From IMG/VR virus record IMGVR_UViG_3300045988_104880: 36,195 nt of DNA; one strand, written 5' to 3'. Made by a program: the position numbers and the translations under genes. Source of the stretch: a virus. Below the pieces are notes generated by a model. That model made no database searches, had not been told where the DNA came from, and saw only the letters and a list, made by a program, of their open reading frames with translations. Positions 26,262 to 32,235 of the stretch are shown one piece after another (the first letter of the stretch is position 1; the number at the start of each line of letters is the position of its first letter).

Positions 26262-27135
26262 GCTGACGATCTACCGCCGTCGACGCGACGGCGGTGACGT
26301 GCCCGGGGTCGTGCGTCGTCGCCGTCGCGACGGAGGGGATCTTCGCCTGCGTCGACGTGAGGCGACGACCCCGGTAACGCCGGCCTCGACTGACGTCGTC
26401 GAGCAATTCCTCAAGCAGCGTCCGTTCTACATCGCTCACAGGATGAGCGGCACGGAGTATCCAGAATTCACGCAGCGGGGTCTTGATGCCTCGCTGCGTG
26501 CTGGCTTCAAGGCCTTGGAGATCTCCGTCCGTCTCTGCGCTCGGGGGCCGAACGGCGAGCCCGCCGAATTCGTTGCAATCCACGACTGGAAAACGACACG
26601 CACTGTCCCGGGCACGGACCTGCCGATCTGGTCTACACCGTGGAGCACACTGCGCACGCTCCAGCAGGGCACGGGGCCGTTTATGCGGCTTCGCGACATC
26701 GTCGATCAGATCCCGGATGACGTGGTCCTAGCAATCGACCACAAGACGACGTCATCTGAGGACCAGCGGAACACCGCTGATCTGCAGGCCGAGGAACGGC
26801 TCTTTGAGTACCTCGACACCGCTTTCGGCGGGCATCCAGAGCGCCGCGTCATCTGGAAAATCTTTGCCAAGGGCACGAGCGCGGCTCGCGCGAAAGCACG
26901 CGGCTATCGCACTATGGCGATGCTTTACCCTGCCGAAGTCCCCGCGGCGGACCTAGGCTCCTGGGACATCATCGGAATGGAATGGTCCGCGAGCGCGGAG
27001 GTGTGGAATCGCATCAATGCGAGCGGGCGTCCGACGATCGCGCATATCATCACGAACGAGGGTCAGGCGAGGACGGCGCTCGATAAGGGTGCGTCCGGCC
27101 TTATGGCCTCGTTCCCGTCTCGCGTGCATCCGTAG
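26254..27135 (+). CDS. Glycerophosphodiester phosphodiesterase (GDPD)-like protein; start uncertain
   Basis: FYIAHRMSGTEYPEFTQRGLDASLRAGFKALEISV...FVAIHDW fits the pattern HR-x-n-E-x-T ... E-x-V ... HD. The Arg-rich first 35 or so codons may not be coding. Confidence 0.55.
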   Translation: MAELTIYRRRRDGGDVPGVVRRRRRDGGDLRLRRREATTPVTPASTDVVEQFLKQRPFYIAHRMSGTEYPEFTQRGLDASLRAGFKALEISVRLCARGPNGEPAEFVAIHDWKTTRTVPGTDLPIWSTPWSTLRTLQQGTGPFMRLRDIVDQIPDDVVLAIDHKTTSSEDQRNTADLQAEERLFEYLDTAFGGHPERRVIWKIFAKGTSAARAKARGYRTMAMLYPAEVPAADLGSWDIIGMEWSASAEVWNRINASGRPTIAHIITNEGQARTALDKGASGLMASFPSRVHP

Positions 27136-27141
27136 CTGATG

Positions 27142-27184
27142 CAAGAAGGCCCCACCGTCCGAAACGGGCGGTGGGGCCTTCTTG
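27142..27184. terminator. Bidirectional hairpin terminator between convergent genes
   Basis: CAAGAAGGCCCCACCG (27142-27157) pairs with CGGTGGGGCCTTCTTG (27169-27184), a 16-bp perfect stem. It lies between the GDPD stop and the stop of the minus-strand cassette. Confidence 0.75.
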
Positions 27185-27193
27185 TATGCCTGT

Positions 27194-27499
27194 TTAGTCT
27201 TGAGTAGACCCGATGCTGGGTAGATCGACGTGGATCTTTGAGACCTGTCGAGCAAACTCGCGGAATCCAGAGGGGGCGAAAGAAGTTTGCGTGAGATCTG
27301 TTCGCGCGCCCTGGCCGGGTCTCGAAGCCTGCCATGTGTCGATAGTCTCGGGCGCCCAGCCGCGCAGGGGGCCGGAAGGCGTCGTGATGATGACGTCCGC
27401 GTCGGGTAGGAGGCCTTTGCGGATGTATGAGCGGACGGTGGGAACGGCGAGGCCGACGCGCTCTGCGACAGCGGCGGTTCCGAGGTACTCGGTAGGCAT
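27194..27499 (-). CDS. Excisionase-family (HTH_17/MerR-like) DNA-binding protein (cassette gene C)
   Basis: LGTAAVAERVGLAVPTVRSYIRKGLLP...RGWAPETIDTWQASRPGQGARTDL. AAGGA lies upstream, 12 nt after the stop of gene B. Confidence 0.7.
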   Translation of the reverse strand: MPTEYLGTAAVAERVGLAVPTVRSYIRKGLLPDADVIITTPSGPLRGWAPETIDTWQASRPGQGARTDLTQTSFAPSGFREFARQVSKIHVDLPSIGSTQD

Positions 27500-27511
27500 A
27501 TGCAGTCCTTA

Positions 27512-27925
27512 TCAGTCGTAGGGGGAGACGATCTCGACGGGGATGTCGTCATCACTGAGGAGCTGGAAGGCGCGTCCGACGCAGGCGCGATATGCGGCGA
27601 GGGGCAGGCGGTGCGCCCAGCGCGTGTGCTGCTCGTAGTCAGCCTGTGTGGAGTAGGCGATGAGTGCGGTCGGCAGGCTGCGGACGGTCTCGTCCTGGTC
27701 CTCGATGGGTGCGAGAAGCTCGTCGAGGCACTCGAGGGCGGCGTCCTCCAGCGCGCCGAGGGCCATGTGAACGCCGAGAGGGTCGCGCGGCTCGCTCTTC
27801 GCGATCTCCCAGGATCGGATCGTGCCCTCATTGACGTCGAGGATCTCAGCAAGGTCGGCGCGGCTGAGCCCGAGGGCTTCGCGTCGGCATCGCAGACCGA
27901 CTGGCGTAAGTGGATTGCAGGGCAT
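27512..27925 (-). CDS. XRE-type HTH protein with an unknown C-terminal domain (cassette gene B)
   Basis: LRCRREALGLSRADLAEILDVNEGTIRSWE. CAGGAG lies 5 nt upstream of the ATG. Confidence 0.7.
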   Translation of the reverse strand: MPCNPLTPVGLRCRREALGLSRADLAEILDVNEGTIRSWEIAKSEPRDPLGVHMALGALEDAALECLDELLAPIEDQDETVRSLPTALIAYSTQADYEQHTRWAHRLPLAAYRACVGRAFQLLSDDDIPVEIVSPYD

Positions 27926-27945
27926 GGGGTCTCCTGATGTAGGGG

Positions 27946-27975
27946 GAGGCCCCGGAGCGTGCGCCCCGGGGCCTC
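27946..27975 (-). terminator. Intercistronic GC hairpin between cassette genes A and B (10-bp stem)
   Basis: GAGGCCCCGG (27946-27955) pairs with CCGGGGCCTC (27966-27975). There is no U tract, so it could act as an attenuator or a processing site. Confidence 0.4.
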
Positions 27976-27985
27976 GGTGGTTGGG

Positions 27986-28402
27986 TCAGTCGAGGAAGCG
28001 GGCGACGTTGCCGCCGATCTCTTCGAGGACGGTGAAGGTCTCCCAGACGCTGGCGTGGCCGTCGGTCAGGCCCCACGCCTCGCACTCGGCGGCGATTGCG
28101 TTGTAGATGCCGTCGCGCGAGCCGTCGGCGAAGTTGTACTCGCCGAACACTCGGGCATCGTCCGCCTCGGTGTAGGCCAGCGGGATCTCGTCGATCCCGA
28201 AGCCGTTGGCGACGAGCAGTGCGCGATCCTCGCCAGTCATGCGGACGGCGGCGTCGATGAGGGCTTCGCGCAGCTCTTCGACCTCGTCGCCGGGGAGGCT
28301 ATTCTCGAACCAGTCCTCGACGGTCTCGCGGTAGCCGTCGAGGATGAGGTAACGGGTGCGAGGGTCGGTGTTGGTGTCGGTGATGTAGGTGACGGTGGAC
28401 AT
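27986..28402 (-). CDS. Highly acidic hypothetical protein (cassette gene A, 138 aa)
   Basis: By hand count it has 30 Asp/Glu, 9 Arg and 0 Lys. A strong AAGGAG lies upstream. No family recognised. Confidence 0.65.
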   Translation of the reverse strand: MSTVTYITDTNTDPRTRYLILDGYRETVEDWFENSLPGDEVEELREALIDAAVRMTGEDRALLVANGFGIDEIPLAYTEADDARVFGEYNFADGSRDGIYNAIAAECEAWGLTDGHASVWETFTVLEEIGGNVARFLD

Positions 28403-28453
28403 TTGTGATCTCCTTCTTTGAGGTTCGGGGGGCTGTTCCCTCCCGATGACTCA

Positions 28454-28483
28454 ACTATACATCGCGCGCGACGTATAGTGCAA
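28454..28483 (-). promoter_or_regulatory. Promoter candidate (TTGCAC-18 nt-TATAGT) overlapped by a near-perfect 26-bp palindrome
   Basis: The -10 is at 28454-28459 and the -35 at 28478-28483 (minus strand). The palindrome is ACTATAC-N12-GTATAGT at 28454-28479. Both lie between the integrase stop and cassette gene A. Confidence 0.45.
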
Positions 28484-28513
28484 GCTGGAATGAATGTGAT
28501 CTACAAAACAGCA

Positions 28514-29671
28514 TCAGGTGAGGACATGCGAGTCCATACGTGCCGCCAGAGCAGCGTCGCGCTCGCGGGTCGCGTGCTGATAACGCAGCGCGACATCGAC
28601 GTCGCTGTGCCCGCCACGGTGAAGCAGCTCGGCAAGCGTCGCGCCTTGCTGTGCGAAGATCGTGAGGCCTGTGTGCCGCAGGTCGTGGAATTTAAACCAG
28701 GGGATGCCCGCATCCTCGCGGGCGCGCTCCCAGGCTCCGCGCAGGCTATTAGGGTGCAGGGGCTGGCGAGGTGAGCGCTCGGAGGATAGGAGCCAGGCTG
28801 TGCCCGCAGGCGCGACATAGGAATCGAGGTGTGCGCGCAGCGCGGGGACCAGCGACGCGGGGATGACGATCTCGCGCACGCCGGCGGCGCTCTTCGGGGG
28901 AAGCTCGACAGGCCCCTCTCCTGCCAGGTACTGCACTTGCCGCTCGATCCGGAGTGTCGCGGGCGTGGAGTCGAGGTCGAAGTCGCGGCGCTGCAGGCCG
29001 GTCAGCTCGCCAAGCCGCGTCTGACACCAGGCCGCGAGCAGGACGGCGATGCGCAGGCGAGCCGGCATGGAGTCGGCGGCGGCGCGGACCTCCTCGGGGG
29101 TCGCGACCTGGCGCTCGCGCTCGCGGACGGGCCGGTGCTTCTGTCCCTCGGGCACCTTGCATGGACTCGCCTCGATGAGGCCAGCCTTCACCGCGGCGTT
29201 CATACAGACCGACAATGTCATGTAGATCGGGCGCGTAACGCCTGGACCTTTGGCTTCCCAGACGCGCTGGTACCAAGCGTCGACATCCTCGACGCTGATC
29301 GCTCCGAGGGGCTTCGCGCCGAAAACCGGCCTGAGCTGCCTCATCCGATAGGTGTGCGTCTGGATCGTCTGAGGGGTGCGCCCCAGTCGTTCGAGCGACG
29401 CGAGCCACTTCTCCGACCATGCCGCGAACGTAATCGCCGCCCGCTCGGCGGCGGCCTCCTGGGCGCGATCGCGCTCGCGGGCTTCTTTGGGGCTGGTCCA
29501 GGTGCCCTCGCTGATCTCGGCCTCAACGTGGGCGAGGAAAGCGCTCGCGTCGGTCTTGCGGATGAATGAGCGCCCGGCGGTATATTTGCCGCCGTCCGGC
29601 CCTGTGTAGCGAACCTCGAAGCGTCCGCTGCGGGCCTTTCTAATCGAGCCGAAGGCTCGGCGTCCGCTCAT
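28514..29671 (-). CDS. int: Tyrosine integrase
   Basis: Catalytic-type residues are present in TRLGEL, HDLRHTG and GHSDVDVALRYQH. The start was moved to MSGRRAFGSIRK (ATG 29671, GAGGAGG upstream). The 79-codon N-terminal extension in the ORF track would run through attP. Confidence 0.9.
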   Translation of the reverse strand: MSGRRAFGSIRKARSGRFEVRYTGPDGGKYTAGRSFIRKTDASAFLAHVEAEISEGTWTSPKEARERDRAQEAAAERAAITFAAWSEKWLASLERLGRTPQTIQTHTYRMRQLRPVFGAKPLGAISVEDVDAWYQRVWEAKGPGVTRPIYMTLSVCMNAAVKAGLIEASPCKVPEGQKHRPVRERERQVATPEEVRAAADSMPARLRIAVLLAAWCQTRLGELTGLQRRDFDLDSTPATLRIERQVQYLAGEGPVELPPKSAAGVREIVIPASLVPALRAHLDSYVAPAGTAWLLSSERSPRQPLHPNSLRGAWERAREDAGIPWFKFHDLRHTGLTIFAQQGATLAELLHRGGHSDVDVALRYQHATRERDAALAARMDSHVLT

Positions 29672-29692
29672 GTCTGCCTCCTCGGTAGGGAA

Positions 29693-29737
29693 GTGGCGCA
29701 GCATCTTATTCCACAGGATGCGCCACCCGTGCGCCAC
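29693..29737. repeat. Three copies of GCGCCAC (one inverted) on the integrase-proximal side of the candidate attP core
   Basis: GTGGCGC at 29693-29699. GCGCCAC at 29720-29726 and at 29731-29737 (tGCGCCACTAg). Confidence 0.6.
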
Positions 29738-29815
29738 TAGCAATGCTACACCCTGCGACATCCTGATATATGGGAGAGAGTGGGACGAGGGCGCGAAACG
29801 CGCGCGAGAACAACG

Positions 29816-29846
29816 AAAACCCCGGAATCTCAGCGAGACTCCGGGG
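29816..29846 (-). terminator. Rho-independent terminator on the minus strand (hairpin followed by TTTT)
   Basis: The minus strand reads CCCCGGAgTCTCgctGAGAtTCCGGGG followed by TTTTCGTT. It lies downstream of the PH-like gene and the tRNA-like segment. Confidence 0.65.
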
Positions 29847-29852
29847 TATGTG

Positions 29853-29872
29853 TGGAGATGGGGGGAATCGAA
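29853..29872 (-). other. Candidate attP core resembling a tRNA 3' end
   Basis: The minus strand reads TTCGATT-CCCCC-CATCTCC-A, that is T-loop, T-stem 3' arm, acceptor 3' arm and discriminator. No matching 5' half is present, so this is not a tRNA gene. Confidence 0.4.
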
Positions 29873-29918
29873 ACAGAGGCCCCTAATCGCGCCGAAAAGT
29901 GGGCGCACGTCATCGCGT

Positions 29919-29936
29919 GCGCCACTACAGCGCCAC
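29919..29936. repeat. Two further copies of GCGCCACTA on the other side of the candidate core
   Basis: tGCGCCACTAc at 29919-29925 and aGCGCCACTAg at 29930-29936. Confidence 0.6.
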
Positions 29937-29941
29937 TAGGT

Positions 29942-30403
29942 TTAGTGGAATATGTGGCCCCAGCCGCCGGGCTTCGGAGCGGACTGCTGAGGCTTGCCGG
30001 TCCAGTGGGCAGGAGCGGGCGGGGCTGCGGGCGCAGGCTGAGACTGTGCGGCCTTCACGGCGGCACGGGTGTGCGCAACGAAGCGCATCAGTCCATCGAC
30101 GGCTTTGCGCTCGAAATGGAGAGTCAGCAGCGCTTGCCGCGTCTCGATCATGAGCCACTTATCCCCGCCGCTCCTCTTCTTCGCAGCAAACGCGAGGATG
30201 CCGAGCGTGACGAGGCGCGTCGCAGTCACGCGCGCCTGCATGGCCTCGCCGTCCTCGACCTCGACGCTGACGACGTCGGTTAGAGGGATCCGCTGGATTG
30301 CCTCGCCGCGTCGCTTTGAGTCGTAGAGCAGCTCGGTGTCGGTGCAGATGATCTCAGCGGGGTCGGATGAGTAGAGGCGGAAAGCGCCTTTAGGGCGGTG
30401 CAT
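29942..30403 (-). CDS. PH-domain-like hypothetical protein with a Pro-rich tail (153 aa), co-oriented with the repressor
   Basis: The start was moved to MHRPKGAFRLY (AAAGGAGGAG upstream). Segment IQRIPLTDVVSVEVEDG...LGILAFAAKKRSGGDKWLMIET resembles bacterial PH-like folds. This is weak recognition only. Confidence 0.6.
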   Translation of the reverse strand: MHRPKGAFRLYSSDPAEIICTDTELLYDSKRRGEAIQRIPLTDVVSVEVEDGEAMQARVTATRLVTLGILAFAAKKRSGGDKWLMIETRQALLTLHFERKAVDGLMRFVAHTRAAVKAAQSQPAPAAPPAPAHWTGKPQQSAPKPGGWGHIFH

Positions 30404-30467
30404 AGCTCCTCCTTTGAGTGCGACCTGCCTATATGGGCAGTCTACAGCTCGCACGAGGACGTGGAGG

Positions 30468-30734
30468 CTATTCCGGAGAGGCTTCGTCCGTGAGGTGGCG
30501 CTCCGCCTCGGCAGCTACATCGGAGCCACTGACTCCGAGAGCTTCACACATCGCACCGAAGTCGCTCATCGTACAAACAGTGTCGCCCGCGAAGATCTTG
30601 TAACAGCGCGCGCGAGTGATGCCGGCCCGCTCGGCCAGGCGGTCGATAGTCAGGTCCAGACTTTGCAGACGCTCCTTGAGTACAGCTAAGACAGCGCGTT
30701 CAAAGGGACTCGATTTAAGAGATCTGCTTCCCAT
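30468..30734 (-). CDS. CI-like repressor (XRE HTH)
   Basis: LDLTIDRLAERAGITRARCYKIFAGDT...MCEALGVS. It is divergent from the Cro-like gene. ATG 30734 is preferred because GTG 30770 would place operator O1 inside the ORF. The start remains uncertain. Confidence 0.75.
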   Translation of the reverse strand: MGSRSLKSSPFERAVLAVLKERLQSLDLTIDRLAERAGITRARCYKIFAGDTVCTMSDFGAMCEALGVSGSDVAAEAERHLTDEASPE

Positions 30735-30746
30735 GAGGTAAGCATA

Positions 30747-30760
30747 TCTACTTTTGTAGA
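30747..30760. promoter_or_regulatory. Operator O1: TCTAC-TTTT-GTAGA
   Basis: Perfect inverted repeat. With flanks, its reverse complement GGTCTACAAAAGTAGA matches O2 at 15 of 16 positions. Confidence 0.7.
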
Positions 30761-30781
30761 CCCATGTCACATGAAAACGAG

Positions 30782-30810
30782 TTGCAAAATCTCTATTTTT
30801 AGACTTATAT
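30782..30810 (+). promoter_or_regulatory. Rightward early promoter candidate (TTGCAA-17 nt-TTATAT)
   Basis: Hexamers at 30782-30787 and 30805-30810, in the only strongly AT-rich stretch of the genome. Confidence 0.45.
30792..30803. promoter_or_regulatory. Operator-like O3: TCTA-TTTT-TAGA (shorter arms)
   Basis: Inverted repeat within the spacer of the rightward promoter candidate. Confidence 0.45.
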
Positions 30811-30822
30811 AGTAGTCATTGG

Positions 30823-30836
30823 TCTACAAATGTAGA
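30823..30836. promoter_or_regulatory. Operator O2: TCTAC-AAAT-GTAGA
   Basis: Perfect inverted repeat lying between the promoter candidate and the Cro-like RBS. Confidence 0.7.
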
Positions 30837-30849
30837 AAGGAACCATGAG

Positions 30850-31173
30850 ATGACGGTCGCAGCCGTAATCAAGAGCATGGCCCGTGAGCTGGGCATCTCT
30901 CAGACGGAGCTTGCTGCCCGCGCTCGTATGAGCCGCGCGAGCCTGTCCCTCAAGCTCAACGAGCGCCGAGATCTGACCTTGCCGGAAGTTGAGAGGCTCG
31001 CAGCAGTGCTCGGCACGTCCGTCCGCGAGCTCCTCGACCAAGTCGAGCGCACCACCGAGACCGCACCCGCGCCCGATAAATCGCGAGGCTATGCAATCGC
31101 CGATAAGGCGACCGGCGTCGTGATCCTCCAGGCCTCGCACGACAGCATCTACGACGAGGACGTTCCGGCATGA
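30850..31173 (+). CDS. Cro-like / early XRE HTH regulator
   Basis: MARELGISQTELAARARMSRASLSLKLNERRDLTLPEVERLAAVLG. GAAAGGAA RBS upstream. Confidence 0.75.
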   Translation: MTVAAVIKSMARELGISQTELAARARMSRASLSLKLNERRDLTLPEVERLAAVLGTSVRELLDQVERTTETAPAPDKSRGYAIADKATGVVILQASHDSIYDEDVPA

Positions 31174-31376
31174 GCGACGTTGTCAAGGCGATCATCTTCC
31201 TGATTCTCGTAGTTGGCGGCGTTCCGGTTTTCTTCTGCGTTGGCTACATCGTGTCTGTCTGCGCCGGTCGCGCGTTCGATGCAGCGCTAGACGCACTAGG
31301 AGCGTTTGCTGATGTTGCCTACGCCGCTGGTGAGCGTCTCGTCGAAGCGATCGATAAGGCGGTGTTCAGAAAATGA
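31170..31376 (+). CDS. Small membrane protein (68 aa)
   Basis: ATGA overlap. One long hydrophobic segment, AIIFLILVVGGVPVFFCVGYIVSV. Confidence 0.55.
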   Translation: MSDVVKAIIFLILVVGGVPVFFCVGYIVSVCAGRAFDAALDALGAFADVAYAAGERLVEAIDKAVFRK

Positions 31377-31594
31377 CAACCGCATCCCCGTTCGCACCTG
31401 GCCGCTGGTATTCAGCGCAGCAGGTGCAGGAGACGCTCAGCCTCTCGCGCTCGACCGTCGAGCGCCTCGGAGTTGAGGGCAAGGTCTCCGCGATCAAGAT
31501 CGGGCGCTCCGTCCGATACAGCGGCGACGACCTCAACCGCCAGTGCCAGAGCCTCGGCTCCGGCCTCGCCGAAAAGAAGAGCTCCCAGCGGTAG
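31373..31594 (+). CDS. Excisionase-family HTH protein (73 aa)
   Basis: WYSAQQVQETLSLSRSTVERLGVEGKVSAIKIGRSVRYSGDDL. ATGA overlap. Confidence 0.65.
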   Translation: MTTASPFAPGRWYSAQQVQETLSLSRSTVERLGVEGKVSAIKIGRSVRYSGDDLNRQCQSLGSGLAEKKSSQR

Positions 31595-31639
31595 AAGCGC
31601 TGGGAGCGGTAGAACCCCTAGAGAAAGAAGGAAGATTCC

Positions 31640-31852
31640 GTGAATCAGGATACCACACGCCGCCGCCACCTGCGGCCCTGGCGAACCCTCATCGCAGGCG
31701 CCTCACTCGCCGCCGCCCTCACCCTTGGTTTCGCGATGCGAGGCCTCGACAACCCCGCCGGCCTCCCCGAGTGGACCTTCTGGCCTGCTCTCGGCCTCCT
31801 CGCGCTCGCGGTTTGCTTGATCCGCGCGGACTGGAAGGCGGGCCGACTGTGA
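31640..31852 (+). CDS. Small membrane protein (70 aa, 2 hydrophobic segments)
   Basis: GTG start after GAAAGAAGGAAG. Hydrophobic segments TLIAGASLAAALTLGFA and PALGLLALAVCLI. Confidence 0.5.
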   Translation: MNQDTTRRRHLRPWRTLIAGASLAAALTLGFAMRGLDNPAGLPEWTFWPALGLLALAVCLIRADWKAGRL

Positions 31853-32235
31853 GCGCCTCTGTCATCTTCGTCGTCGTTGTCCTCCTCTTCGTCGGCTGCG
31901 GACTGCTGACCTGGATCGCAGTCCGAGGGGCCTCGCGTGCGGCCTCCATCGAGGAGATCGCCGCTCGTATGCAGCGCTCCGCGTCGAAGGCGCGGGCGAA
32001 GGGTACGACGCTACTCGAGCGTCATGTGGACTTCGATTACTACGACGTCGACGGCGAGGCCCCGCTGCCTCACCTGATCTGCCTCGCGACGCAGGACGTC
32101 ATTATCGAGGCCGAGCTGAATAACTGCTTTGCGCTCGATACGCCGAAGCTCGCGGTCGATCTTGATCGCCAGCAGATCCACGTGACCCTCGAAGTGCTCC
32201 GGCTCGATGAGCCGAGCCTGGAGGTGAAGGCCTGA
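31849..32235 (+). CDS. N-terminally membrane-anchored protein (128 aa)
   Basis: GTGA overlap start at 31849. N-terminal anchor VIFVVVVLLFVGCGLLTWIAV. The ORF-track N-terminal extension (31543-31848) overlaps two better-supported genes. Confidence 0.5.
   Translation: MSASVIFVVVVLLFVGCGLLTWIAVRGASRAASIEEIAARMQRSASKARAKGTTLLERHVDFDYYDVDGEAPLPHLICLATQDVIIEAELNNCFALDTPKLAVDLDRQQIHVTLEVLRLDEPSLEVKA

Noticed and set aside
28497-28506. Extra TCTACA half-sites resembling the CI operators (28499 near the integrase stop, 30447 between the repressor and the PH-like gene).
   Set aside because: Only half-sites are present, with no inverted partner. The hexamer TCTACA also occurs by chance inside several structural genes (for example near 9153, 12785 and 15090), so there is no support for regulatory meaning.
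29847-29900. Full tRNA gene on the minus strand around the TTCGATTCCCCC segment.
   Set aside because: The bases preceding the T-loop (ctctgt) cannot pair with the CCCCC arm, and no 5' acceptor arm GGAGATG exists nearby. It is kept only as an attP core candidate, that is a partial tRNA 3' end.
29672-29908. The 79-codon N-terminal extension of the integrase ORF given in the ORF track (start at 29908).
   Set aside because: The internal ATG at 29671 has a strong GAGGAGG RBS and begins the typical integrase N-terminus MSGRRAFGSIRK. The extension would run through the terminator and the attP-like repeats, and it translates to implausible sequence.
31584-31604. Small hairpin CCCAGCG-gtagaag-CGCTGGG with a duplicated AGCGGTAGAA motif after the 31373-31594 gene, considered as a terminator or iteron.
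   Set aside because: The stem is only 7 bp, it overlaps the stop codon, there is no U tract, and the next gene follows with a good RBS 35 nt later. The evidence is too weak to call.
31543-31848. N-terminal extension of ORF 31543-32235 (230 aa in the ORF track).
   Set aside because: It overlaps the excisionase-family gene end and the whole of 31640-31852 in another frame, and it translates to Arg/Pro-rich low complexity. The GTGA-coupled start at 31849 gives a sensible membrane-anchored protein.
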